NCBI GenBank assembly: GCA_017654855.1
Contig: CM030333.1
Coordinates: forward strand, 1,302,001-1,366,000
From: Podospora anserina
Taxonomy: Eukaryota
Length of the DNA stretch: 64,000 nt
Direction: 5' to 3'
The translations under genes were made by a program, and so were the position numbers. Below are positions 25,888 to 37,305 of this stretch, piece by piece. The notes beneath the pieces are model-generated. The model was not told the origin of the DNA. It searched no databases and saw only the letters and a list, made by a program, of their open reading frames with translations. Every line of letters begins with the position of its first letter. The first letter of the stretch is position 1.

Positions 25888-26997
25888 TCAAGTCTCCCTC
25901 GTACTAACCCCCCCCCTCACCCCAAACCTCTCCCCCCCAAACCCAAACCTTGCCAACCCCTTCCTACACTGCCACCGAACCCAATACTCCCAATCCAGCC
26001 CCGCAACCCTAGGCACCATCCCGCTCCCAAACAACCCATTCTCCACCACCAGCAAGCTCTCCACCGAATCCAACACCAGCGCCCCCCTCGAGCTCATGAA
26101 CCCCCCCGCGTTCTGCCCAGCCAGGCAGACATGCCTCACAAGCCTCATATCCGGCGTCAGCCTGATCAAATTCTTCCCAGAGGTTGACGACATGACCTCA
26201 TTCGACAAACCAATGACGTCGGTCAAAAGATCAACGTAGATCCTCGGCTGGGGGTGTCCACGTGGAGCAAGTCCGAGACGATACCTCTTGAGCGCGGCAA
26301 GCCGCGATTCGGAGCAGACAGACAGTAGTACCGGGGGAGGGGTGCTGCAGGTGAAGATGTTGGATTTGGAAGAGGGGTAGGAGGACGAGGTGGTGGCGAA
26401 GGGGTATTTCTCCCCTTCACGAGACGAAAAAGATCTACCCCTGGCGAGACGAGTGGTGGTGGTGGTGGTGTCTCTTCTTGGACGGGATGAAAACTTGTGC
26501 AGCCAATCGCCTGTGAGGTTGGAGATGTGATTGTTTTGCTTGGGGAGCTGGAGGAGCATGATGCGTGATTTGGGGAGCGCTTCGGCCCAGATTTGCTGTC
26601 TGAGTTCGGCGGGGAGGAGGCGGAATTTGGGAAAGGTTGTTGGGGATCCTCTGGGTAGGGGGCGGAGGAGGGAGGAGGAGTGGATTGGGATAAGGGAAGA
26701 GGAGGGGTGGTTTGGGTTGAGGGTCCAGAGGCGGCGCTCTTCAGAGTGTTCTTGGCAGGCTTCTTGACATAACCGGGCGTAGGACCGGATTCGCTCGCTG
26801 AACCAGCCGCAGAGGATGGATACTTTGAGGAAGAGTCGGATCCAGTAGCAGTCGGAGCTGCTGCTGGTGTTGTCCAGCATGGAGGGGTCCCGCTGCTCGG
26901 GGAGGGTGGTGGTGGTGGTGATGATTGTGGTGCTGGAGGGGTCAAAGGTGGGTGTCCAGGAGGAGAGGGTGGCGAGGCCGTAGAGGGGGTCCAGCAT
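25888..26997 (-). CDS. 2EXR-domain protein
   Basis: Signature TFPKFRLLPAELRQQIWAEAL...PPPVLLSVCSESRLAALKRY...IYVDLLTDVI. ATG in GCCAAAATG context. Confidence 0.8.
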   Translation of the reverse strand: MLDPLYGLATLSSWTPTFDPSSTTIITTTTTLPEQRDPSMLDNTSSSSDCYWIRLFLKVSILCGWFSERIRSYARLCQEACQEHSEERRLWTLNPNHPSSSLIPIHSSSLLRPLPRGSPTTFPKFRLLPAELRQQIWAEALPKSRIMLLQLPKQNNHISNLTGDWLHKFSSRPRRDTTTTTTRLARGRSFSSREGEKYPFATTSSSYPSSKSNIFTCSTPPPVLLSVCSESRLAALKRYRLGLAPRGHPQPRIYVDLLTDVIGLSNEVMSSTSGKNLIRLTPDMRLVRHVCLAGQNAGGFMSSRGALVLDSVESLLVVENGLFGSGMVPRVAGLDWEYWVRWQCRKGLARFGFGGERFGVRGGVSTRET

Positions 26998-27566
26998 TTT
27001 GGCGGGTAGTGGTGTTGTTGTGGTTGTTACGAGCGGAAGATCACCAAGGGGGGTGATCGATACCGCGGAGGGGACCGTAGTCGATACCGGGCAGAGACTC
27101 AGCCTGTAGGACGATGAGGACAAGAGTACAGATGAGCACGATGATGACAAAATTTGTGCTGTTTCTTGGCCAAGGTGGTGGTCTATCATATACCCGGAAA
27201 GTAATCAGTCCGCACCATGGTCGAATGTCTGTCAGTACCAGCTTGACAAGCACGGCTGCCCCTTTTGTAATTCCTGCGAAACCTCCGCTCGTGGGAGCAG
27301 GGAGTCCAAAGCTATTTCCTTGCGCTGTGATAGTCAGTGCCCATGCAGGTGAACTCCATCAACCACGTGGATGGCCGCCGCTATCGTGTGCTACTGTACT
27401 CCAGAATCTGGAGAAGATGGTTTCTTTGCTCGTTCACAGTTTCAAAAGCTGGGTAGAGGCGCGCTAGAGGGATCAAACAGGCGCCGTTGAAGGACCATTG
27501 GGTCTGGGCCGAGTGATGCATAAGGTTTGATGGCACGAGCGGACGTCTTGAGGCAGGCTGGGAAAG

Positions 27567-28427
27567 CTAGAGAGAGAATTGGGTGTACTGTATGTGAGTA
27601 CCTCGGCCGTGATATCTTGTCGGACATCGGGAGATTGCCTGATTCCGACATAGAAGAAGGGGCATCGCCGGAAATCTGGCAGATTGCTTGCGTAGGCAGT
27701 GCTCGAGTGTGGCCCAAGTGTATATCGCACGACCCTAATGCGAGTGCTGGTGAATCCAAGGGCCTGGTTGGACTAAGTATGCAAACCCCAAACCCAGACC
27801 TAGCACATCTCGATCTCGAAGAGATACTTGTTCGATTTCCCTGAGCTGCTTGTTGCGAGGTCTGTCGAGGCATCCATAAAGACTTTTGGACCTCGAGTTG
27901 CACCAAAGCAGAGAGCTGGGCGAAGTGCTCATTTGAGTTATTGACTTTCTGATATCTGGCTTGAAAAGTTCAACATACTGATGATCAAGAATCTCTTCCA
28001 CTCAGAGTCCTAGTTTGCCATCTGCGAAATCGAAGATTTTCTTAAGGGCAGCCCCACGACATTGCCTGTGTGTTATAATCCACCGAAGCACATCAGGAAA
28101 AGTTACACAAAGACCGAAAGCTGCATTGGCTTGGGAAGCTGCAGCTGTTCCTTGCATTCGCATGTATGCAAGGGCTTCTGATAAAACTTCATTGCATTCC
28201 TCTCTCTCTCGTGTGACTGCTACTACATCTCATCCACCACGCGATGTTGATTCGGGAACATTTAGGGCGGCATGAATGAGGAAACGTTGTTTCTCGAATG
28301 CCGACAGCGAGTCCTCGGTGGTAATGTTGGATATCATGGCTTGCTCGTGAGCTTTCGGTAAAGAGCCCAATCCTTTGGATAAGATCGAGGTGTGGTGTGG
28401 TGATATGCTGTGGCATAATCTCAGACC
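27567..28427 (-). pseudogene. Degenerate reading frame directly downstream of, and in frame with, NAA20
   Basis: ~287 codons with only 3 internal stops (TGA 28230-28232, TGA 28002-28004, TAG 27735-27737). Protein-like text MISNITTEDSLSAFEKQRFLIHAALN...ECNEVLSEALAYMRMQ... Confidence 0.4.
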
Positions 28428-29056
28428 TCACCACACGTCGGTTGGGTCAACCTCATGCTTCTCCCCATCAGCCCTGATGTGCTCTTTCTTGACATCTCTC
28501 TTCAATGGTTTTCGCATATCGTAGGCATCCTCGCTGTCCTGAGTGGGGTCGGTTGAATGGTCGCCATAGTACTCCTTGACCACCCTGAAAATACTGTAGC
28601 CCATGCTTTCATAGAATTTGATGGCCTTGCAGTTTGTCTTGCGCACAAACAAGTCGACGAACCAGGCGTTTCCGGCATCACCAGCGGCCTCGAGCTGCTC
28701 TGTGAGGAGCTTGCCAATACCAAGTCGGCGAGCCTCAGGGGCCACGGTGACGGCTGTGATGTGGGCGTGCCAAGGAAGATAATGCTCTGAGAATTTGTAG
28801 ACGTCAGGAGACGACTCGAGCTTTCCCATTACTAAGCATTTTTTCAGTATCAAGTCAGATTCAAACTGTGTACGCGGTCCAACTCACTGTATCCGATAAT
28901 GTTTCCATTCTCGTCTTCAGCAACCTGGAAGAGTGATGGCCATTTTGCGTAATACTGAAGATAGAAGGACAGTTCATATGTCTCTGTGAGAGGATCCAGG
29001 TTGCATTTTGATAGCTTGTTCAGGTCATCAGGCCTGAACCGGCGAAAGTTGGCCAT
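28428..29056 (-). CDS. NAT3: NatB N-terminal acetyltransferase catalytic subunit. Exons 29056-28888, 28831-28428
   Basis: CNLDPLTETY..FYLQY, IGYIMGKLE, WHAHITAVTVAPEARRLGIG, FVDLFVR, EDAYDMRKPL. Intron 28832-28887 is GTGAGT..TAG. Confidence 0.95.
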
Positions 29057-30141
29057 GACTGTCGAGGTTTGTGAAATTTGAGCTTCGATAGATGGTGGGG
29101 AGCTTTGATGTTGAAGGCGTCAAAGTTGACAATAGCTGGGCAGTTTACAATCCAACGTTCAGTGACCTACTAACAGTATTCTGCGTGACTTACCTGGAAC
29201 TCTGTTAGGCCAGCTGAACGCCCAAAGGGGAAAATAACGACTTTTGATTGGCTGTTGGGGCTGTCCTGCAGCATCCCGTAACACCCGCACGCACTGTGGC
29301 ACAAGCCCCTAGCGACGTCTTGTCAGGTACCTACCTCGCCTGAGTCAAAGGAGAGACTGATGAAACTTAAGCTTGGCTGCTGCTATCATCGACTTCATTT
29401 CAAGCACTTTGGTTTCTGATATCGCAATTGTTACCGCTTCAGCATCCAGGGCATCCCTCTTGCACCCACAAAAAACTGCCCAAGCAAAAACCAATGCCGG
29501 AGCCCGTTTCTTGCTAGAGATAGAGTACCTTGGTTCTTAACACTCACACCGCTGATATCAGGCTCACCAAGATAGCGATTACGTACCGGTCTCGGACCAC
29601 CGACATCCTACAATCCCACGAACCCCCGGCACCCTTCCCCTCGTCAGCACTCGGCCGACGGCAGACAGAACCAAAATTTATGCGACCTTTCTGAGAAGCA
29701 GATTTGGACGTGAAGCAGCTACGAGGAGTTCATGCGAAGCTCCTCTCATCAGCTGTCCCTTGACAAAACGCCGAACACCTGACCTCCATAGGTATTAAGC
29801 ACTACTTTTTGCCCAACGACGAGTCCACCGAACACCCTACTGGGCCCGCACGACCCCAACTATAGACCACGCATTTTGATATAGAATACTTTGTGTCATC
29901 CTCCCGGATTTTCCTTCCAGCAGTCGGAAAGCGAACTTTGAGGAATTCTTCCTGTCACTGTTGAGCCAACCCATTTCAGACTTAATCGTATCGAAACCCT
30001 GGCTGCGGGGACAAGCAATCGATAGCAACGTCTGATAGCACAAGCCCAGACCGACATTACGATCAGCTTCACCCTGCTCGGTCATAACCGCAACTCCAGA
30101 CTCCCAAAGCGCGCAATCTCGCGCGCAGATAGTCTTCCAAA

Positions 30142-31474
30142 ATGGCGTCGTACACACCGCGCCATTCCCGGCATCCATCTCTCGATCTCAGCCAAACCAC
30201 TTCGTACTCTCCCTCCCGCGAGCGCCGCCAGTCCAAAGCCTCCTCCTTCGCCGACCGCCCCGGGACACCCCTCCGCAACGGTTTCGCCTCGTCTGATATG
30301 GATTTGGGAATGATGAACGGTGATGGCGGCGGCAACGGCCTTGGCAACCTGGCCGACGAGTTGGCCGGGCTTGACGATGACTACGATGACTATGACGACT
30401 ACGATGAGGATGTCCCGGAGGGAGAGTACGACGACGACAACGAGCTACAGAAAAGCCAGATAACCACCCGCGGAAACAGTCCACACAAAACACCGGGAAC
30501 TAATTTCGAGGATACGGATGACACAGACCTGGACCAGAAAGGTGGCCAGCAGGTGCGGGATAGCGGTGTCGATGTAGAGCACAGCCCATCACGAGGAAGC
30601 AGTCTCCCACACAGGTTGAGGAATAACAGTCTGGGCGTACCCTCGCCCAGTGGGAAGCACGGGCACAGGAGAAAAGGCAGCGCATATGACGGCAGTGAAT
30701 ATGGCAGCGAGAGCGACCTCGACAATGGCGGGATGCCACCACGCTTAATAGAGAAAATGGATGAGGTGGAAAGTCTGGCGAGACGGGGGACAGAGAAGAC
30801 GGGAGGGCCGTTGGATGGGACATTTCAGAGGGTTACTGAAGGGCTGCGGGATTTGGGCAGTCAAGCGGGTGTGGAGGGTGGTGCCACTAGGTATTTTCTT
30901 CCCAATCATCCTCCGACCTGGATATTTTCAAACGCTAACAATGCTCTTTTTCACCAGGTTAATAACCGCCCACTCGGCCGTGACAACTCACCTGAGCCAT
31001 CAAAACAGACAAATGCACAACCTCTCCTTCCCGCTCTTGTCGCCCCTGGTAGCACCACCAGATCCGGAGGCTATCGAAGAGCTGTTGCCGATGCTCATCA
31101 GTCTTTCGGAACTCATGCCCCGGCCTTCGACAACCGCTCTCCAGTCATTATCCTCGCTTCACAGCCTGACGACGGATCTGGTGAATACGCTCAACTATCT
31201 GAGCGACACGATTCACATGTCAAGGCAAACCACCAATATTGCCACAAGAAGGTTAAAGTCGGCAAAAGATCTCGTGGCGGAGATCAAGCATGATGAGGAG
31301 CTGAGAGAGGAAGGGGAGAGGTGGCTAGCAAAGGGGAAGTGGGGTGAGAGATTAGAGCGAAGGGAATGTGCGAATGTGTGTGGTGAAGTAGTGGGCGGGT
31401 TTGAGAAGGTATGTGAAGGCTGGAGGGAGAGGCTGGTGGAGTTGGCCAGAGCAGAAGAGATGGGCCAAGCTTAA
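30142..31474 (+). CDS. Hypothetical protein with acidic N-half and helical C-half. Exons 30142-30890, 30958-31474
   Basis: CCAAAATGG start. Intron 30891-30957 (GTATTT..GCTAAC..CAG) joins GGATR|LITAH in frame. Confidence 0.8.
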
Positions 31475-31948
31475 ATTTGAGGCAAGATTCTGACATGTCT
31501 GCGGTGTTGTTGTGTTTGTTTGAGGGAAGACATTTCGCGAGAGAGGGAGGGGAGGGTTGGTTTGGATTTTATGCATATATTGGTTTGGTTGGGTTTTGGT
31601 TTGGCTGGGTGGGTGGGTAGGTTGGTTGGTTGGTTGGTTCATGGCGGCAAGTACTTAGACAGATATCGGATTCCCACAAGTGGACATTACATACTTATAT
31701 ATACAGGAGACAAAAACGTATTTACGTACCCTTTTTGCTACGGGGTCTTTCTCTCCAAAGTCGATGTTAGACCCGTGAAACCATGACGGGAGAATTCTTT
31801 TGTTCGAGAACAACTATTCCAAGCACATCCAACCTCGTACACAAGGATCCAATGTTTTTTCTCGTACCAAAATGGGTATCATCATCTTTCCTTTTTCCCT
31901 AAATCAACCCAGCTTTTCTAACCCAGCCCTTCTTCTCGAGTTGCCGCA

Positions 31949-33379
31949 CTACAACATCCCTTCCCCCTCAAACAACCCAGCAAGGCTCTCCCCAAAGTGC
32001 ACCCTCCTAACCGCCTCCCCAAACACGCTGCTCACATCCAGCACCTCAACCTTGCCACACCTCCTCAAATGCGCCGTCTGGTCAACCGTGTTGGTCACCA
32101 CCACCTTGTCGAGGGCGCTACTCTCGATCCGCTCCAGCGCATCCCCCGAGAAAACCCCATGCGTAACCACAGCCACCACCCTCTCGGCCCCCTCCCGTTT
32201 CAACAGCTTGGCCGCTCTGGTGATGGTATTCCCCGTGTCAACCAAATCATCAATCAACAAGCACGTCCGTCCTTTTACCTCCCCCACAAGCATCATCGTC
32301 GCTTTGGCGCTATTCTTCCCGGGAATGAACTTGGGGTGTCGCCTCTCTTTGTGGATCAGGGCGAATGGGAGGTTCAACACGTCTGCGATGGCGGTGGCAC
32401 GCTTTGCCCCGCCTGCGTCGGGGGAGATGATTGTTACGGAATTGGTGGTGGGGAGGATGTGTTGGGAGATGTATTTGCACAAAAAGGGGCGGGCGTGGAG
32501 GTTGTCGACGGGGATGTCGAAGAAGCCTTGGTAGGTTTGCTCGTGGAGGTCGCAGGTTAAGATGCGGTCTGCGCCTGAGCAGGTTAGGAGGTCGGCGACC
32601 AGGGAGCCGGATTGGGCCATCCATTGTTTGTAGTTTGGTTTGGGGGGGTGGAGGGAGAGCATGAGGGAGGGGTTTTCGTAGTCGTGGGTTGTAAATTGCC
32701 CCGGGGGAGGTGGTGGGAAGGTGTTGTTGTTGTTGTTGTTGTTGCCTGTTCCGTAGGTGATGAGTTGTAAAGGGGGGGTTTGGATTCCGGAGGGGGTGCC
32801 GCCTCGGTATCCCACTCCTCCGGTGTTGTTATTGCTGTTGGTTACTCGACCGACGACATCGGTCATGTCTAACCCTTTGCTGCCCAACCCTGCTGTGCGA
32901 GCTATATTTGGGTGGGGGGTGACGGGGACGCTTTCAAAGGTGTACGCTCCTGCTTTCCCAGATCCCGCTTTTCCCTCGCCGTCTACCACCATTCCTTTAT
33001 CCCCACGAAGCGGTGCCCCTGCCTTGGAGAAAGCCAGGTCGGGCTGTCGACTGTATGGAAACAGTGGCAACACAGCTGTTACCCTCATTGCGCTCCCGCC
33101 TTTGCACGCCGCGATCATGATGCAGACTTCCATGAGGTAGTCATTGACTTTGTAGTTTGGATCCTCCCCCACGCCAAACGATTGGATGATGTAGACGTCT
33201 TTCCCTCGGACGGAGTCTTGGATTTCGCAGCGGGACTCGCCAGAGGAGAACTTGCAGAGGATGCGCTCGGAGGGGGAGATGGAGAGGTAGTTGCAGATGG
33301 AGAGGGCGAGGGAGGGGTGGGAGTTGCCTGAGAGGATGGAGATGTTGCGGACCATGTTGGAGGAGGTTTTCCGTGTCAT
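31949..33379 (-). CDS. Ribose-phosphate pyrophosphokinase, PRS5-like (long low-complexity insertion after PYSRQ)
   Basis: ILSGNSHPSLA, FSSGESRCEIQDSVRGKDVYIIQS, DLHEQTYQGFFDIPVDNL, SPDAGGAKRA, LIDDLVDTGNT, THGVFSG. Confidence 0.93.
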   Translation of the reverse strand: MTRKTSSNMVRNISILSGNSHPSLALSICNYLSISPSERILCKFSSGESRCEIQDSVRGKDVYIIQSFGVGEDPNYKVNDYLMEVCIMIAACKGGSAMRVTAVLPLFPYSRQPDLAFSKAGAPLRGDKGMVVDGEGKAGSGKAGAYTFESVPVTPHPNIARTAGLGSKGLDMTDVVGRVTNSNNNTGGVGYRGGTPSGIQTPPLQLITYGTGNNNNNNNTFPPPPPGQFTTHDYENPSLMLSLHPPKPNYKQWMAQSGSLVADLLTCSGADRILTCDLHEQTYQGFFDIPVDNLHARPFLCKYISQHILPTTNSVTIISPDAGGAKRATAIADVLNLPFALIHKERRHPKFIPGKNSAKATMMLVGEVKGRTCLLIDDLVDTGNTITRAAKLLKREGAERVVAVVTHGVFSGDALERIESSALDKVVVTNTVDQTAHLRRCGKVEVLDVSSVFGEAVRRVHFGESLAGLFEGEGML

Positions 33380-34652
33380 GTAAGAAGGTAGGTAGTGTTG
33401 TTGGTTCTGGAGGTGAGAAAGGGCGATGATGGGAGCTAGCTCATTTCTTTGTCAAGGTGAAGCTCAAACACGGCGGCGGCGACGATGTCAGGGGTTGATA
33501 TGTGGTGTAAAGTGTGATCTGACAATTGGGCACCCACGACAACACCCTCTTCTTCCGCTTGTTGGTATTGTCCCTTCCTCACACCGAATACTGTAGCTTT
33601 GTGTCCTTTGGGGTAGAACAATCTGCTTGGCAGGAACCTGATGTTCCGTTCGTTGCTGCGGTGGTTATCGTCAAAGGGTACAGGTAGGTGGTCGAATATA
33701 AAGGGTCCAAAAGATCCCGTCCTGTGCCGTCTTGTCAATGTCGTACAAACACCACCACGGATATGTCCCCCCGGAAGATATAAAACTGTGACCGTGACAC
33801 AAAAACTGCTTGTCAATTCGTCGGTCGTGTGACCGGAATGGGGATTCGTCCTCTGCATATAACTGTCTAGCAGCCCAAAAACCACCGTCCAATGTTCTTT
33901 AAAGAATTTAACCCGCGTCTGGCCGAATGTCCTTCTCTCTCTTATGGATGGAATTGTCGATAGCGGAATCCGGCACATTCTGTAGCTCTCCCGCTGCGAG
34001 ATTCCCGAGCCGTAGATCTTATATATATCCATCTACCTATCTGACCCCTCTTACATACTACTATCTTCTTCAGTTTTCCCCAAAAACTTGAAACCAAACC
34101 TTTCCATCCACACTCACCGAAGAATTATCCCATCCCATCCCAGTAGCTATCCAAAATTCCCTTATCCGCCGCCTCCCACCCAGTGACGTCATACCAGCCC
34201 TTCCGCAATCAGACAGCTCCTAGACACAAGAGGTCCCAACACCAATGAATGGCTGCGACAGCCACACGTGTATCTGACCTCACGAACCTTTCCAAAGAGA
34301 TAGACAACAATAGTGACAGTGTCCCCGGATTAAACAAATGGTCTCGTGATCAACTTGTCGAAAACAGCAACAAGTGACACATCAAAATGCTGTGACACCC
34401 CCGCGCCTGTCTTGAAAAGAGAGGCATCACGCGACCCATGTTTTGGTATTCCTTCAATTTGCTAACGAGGTTGGCGATGATCACTCGTGTGCTCGATTCA
34501 ATGGACAGAAACCATTGGCACGTGTTGACAGTATTCAAAGCGACTTTCAATCACCGAAAACAACATCTCATGAGGGCAGCAGAATTGCAGACCTATCCAC
34601 CATTTTAAATCATCAAATATCAAGCGATCAAACAAACCGCCCAAGACTCCTC

Positions 34653-34720
34653 CTCTCTCAAACCACAACCTTCTCTCAAACCACAACCTTCTCCCAAACC
34701 ATAACCTTCTCCCAAAACAT
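34653..34720. repeat. 18-bp minisatellite, ~3.8 copies
   Basis: YTCTCYCAAACCAYAACC at 34653, 34671 and 34689, partial at 34707. Confidence 0.85.
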
Positions 34721-35372
34721 TTCTTCCCCATCCCACAGCCTCTCAGACCATGAAAACAGTGAAAAAATTGGTAGCGTCTCTTTGAGTAGCGTGTCATCCT
34801 TAGTGCAGGGGCCATGCTAATCTTCTCTGTATCGTTTCAAATTGACCAAATGCCCCGAAGGGCGAGGAAGGAAAAGAAGAAACCGATCAAATTCTGGCAG
34901 GCAAGTCAACAATTTATAGGCTGCCAGAAGGCATCCCGGGTGGCCTGTGCACGCTTGCAAATCCCCCACTGAATGCAAATCGTCTGTGCGTCACCACCGC
35001 CACTACGAAGATCAGGACAGCGTGGCTGGTGAGCAGCCGGATTGTTGCCACTTGCCACCTCCTTTTTGACTCATCAGGAGGAACGGCCTTCAAACAACAT
35101 ACACAGTGACACCTCAAAGTACAAACACATATGCAAAGTCTGACAAGAAAGTTGGGACAAAATCTATTGTCTTATCAAAGAGTTCATCTATAACCGATCA
35201 AAACGAAGCGAAAAGCAATGTCAAAATCAACCCCCTTTTGTTATCATTGTTCTTCCTCTCTGAACGCAGCGCTGTTGTGGTAGGCTGCAAGCAGCCAACA
35301 AAAAAAGTGAAAATCCACCCTCTTGATGAAAAAATCTCAATCCCATTACTCAACTATCTCGTAACTTCCAAG

Positions 35373-36846
35373 TTACAAGTCCAAAAGAGCCTTGGCACCG
35401 GGCTCACTGCACACGTAGATGACGTCGTGCTCGTTGGAAAAGCCGTTGAAAGTGGTGGCGGAGCATTTGGTGTAGGCACCCATGTCCTCAAAGTAGAGCC
35501 AGTCACCAACGTCCAGGACAACAGGGAAGCGGATGCTCTCGGTGATGCGATCGATGCCGTCGCAGGTCGGGCCCCAGATGCTGTACTCCACTCCGCTGCG
35601 GTCGTCCATACCGTTGGCGGCGGGGGTGTCATACAGAGTCTGGCCGCCGGCGCGGAGCACCTTGGCCTCGGGGTGCTGGTGATCAAACATGATGCTGCTG
35701 AAGTTGCCATACAGACCATCGTTGACATATAGCATGTAGCTGGGGTCGGGAGTCGTGGTGCCGTTGTTAATCAAGGCGGTGTCCTGGATGGTGCGGCGGG
35801 CAATGACGTTGCAGGCCAAAGTGTAGGCAGCCGAGGCGTAGAAACGGCCGGGCTCAGCAATCAAGTTGATACCGCTGTGAGCGGGGAAGTACTCGTCGAG
35901 AGCTTCACGGAGAACACCAGCCATCTGCTCAAAGGTGTTGTCGGCGCAGAAGCCACCGCCGACGTCCAGAGTCTTGAGCGAAAAGCCATAAGAGGCAGCC
36001 TGCTGAAAGACCATGTGAGAGTCACGGACGGCCTTCAAGAAAGCGCTGGGGTCCGAAGCGCCAGAGCCAACGTGGAAGCTGACACCCACGACGTTAAGGT
36101 TCAAGTCGCGGGCCAAGGCCAAAAGACCATCAGTCGAGTCGAGCGAGGCGCCAAACTTCATGCTGAGGCGGCAAAGGGACGACGTGTCGTCGGTAAGGAT
36201 GCGCAGATAAAGCTCGGCCTCGGGGTAGAAGCGGGCAATCTTGCGAAGCTCGTCGGCATTGTCAAAGGTCATGGCACGCACGCCCTGCTGGGCAACGTAG
36301 CGCACATACGAGTTGGTCTTGCAGGGCTGAGCATAGATGATGCGGGAGGGGTCAACTCCCATGCGGAGGACCTGCTCAATCTCGGCCTTGGAGGCGCAAT
36401 CGAAGCCATTGCCAAGGGCAGCCAGCAACTTGAGGAGCATAGGGTCCGGGTTGCACTTGACGGCTATTGCGTATGTTAGCGTCCTGTTTTTCTCTCATCT
36501 TCTCCATGACAAACCACTTACCATAGAAGGGCTTGACGCGAGGCAAGTTCATCTTCCAGCGGAGGTGCTGGCGGTAGACCTCACCGAGGTCGGCCACAAA
36601 GAAGGTGTCCTCCTCTCCGGGCTCGCAGTCCTCGTGGTCAATGCTCTCCACGCGCTGGCGGAGGGCATTGCCAATCAGCTCCTTGGCGGTAGGACCCTCA
36701 TGGTGGTGGTGGTGTTCACCTAAATGGTGATGATTGTGTTGCTCAAAGTAGCCATTGTTGCAGCTCTTTAAAAAGACATAATTATTCGTTAATTCCGTAT
36801 AATCGAGTGATACGAAGCGATCGGCGAGCAAAGTTGGCATAACCAT
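35373..36846 (-). CDS. spe-1: Ornithine decarboxylase. Exons 36846-36522, 36463-35373
   Basis: The PLP-lysine motif PFYAVKCN is restored by intron 36464-36521 (GTAAGT..GCTAAC..TAG). Also FDCASKAEI, VSFHVGSG, LDVGGGF, AEPGR, WGPTCDGID, MGAYT. Confidence 0.97.
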
Positions 36847-37050
36847 ATCCGGGATCGTAACGGGGGTGAGCGGTCGAGAAGAATTAGGTGGTGGGTAGCG
36901 GCGGCGGGTGGGTAGAATATTAGAGATGTTCTCGTGATCTCGAGCGTGGGTGGGTGATGAGCTCTATATCGAGTTTATCGAAAGCTCAGAATATGTTTTT
37001 TGGGTAGTAGATAAAAAGCGATGTGATAGCACGGGGTGCTCAAGCGAGTA

Positions 37051-37305
37051 TTAGGGAGGTCGGTGTGGGTAGCAGACTGGTCCCTCAAAGGTCTGACGAG
37101 GCTTCGTCGACTCTTCCTCCGTCAGAGGAAGAACCGCACAACTCGTCCTATGCGGCAGCTGGTTGTTGTTGGTATCGTGGGGGGCTTGGTTGAACAAGGA
37201 GTCGAACAGGGAGAGCTCGAGTTCCTTACGCGACTTCAGCAGGGGGTGGCAGGGAGTTGATGATGTGAAAGGTTTGCCGAAGGCTGAAATCTTGGTCTGA
37301 GACAA
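37051..37305 (-). promoter_or_regulatory. Non-AUG (UUG) upstream ORF of 84 codons ending Pro-Pro-stop; uCC-type regulatory uORF of ODC mRNA
   Basis: ACT-TTG-TCT start (A at -3) preceded by an in-frame TAG. Ends ...PVCYPHRPP*. No AUG on the sense strand between 36847 and 37418. Confidence 0.75.

Noticed and set aside
34443..34820. ORF with SQTTTF repeats, or a CRISPR-like array
   Set aside because: Head-to-tail 18-bp minisatellite without spacers in a eukaryotic context.
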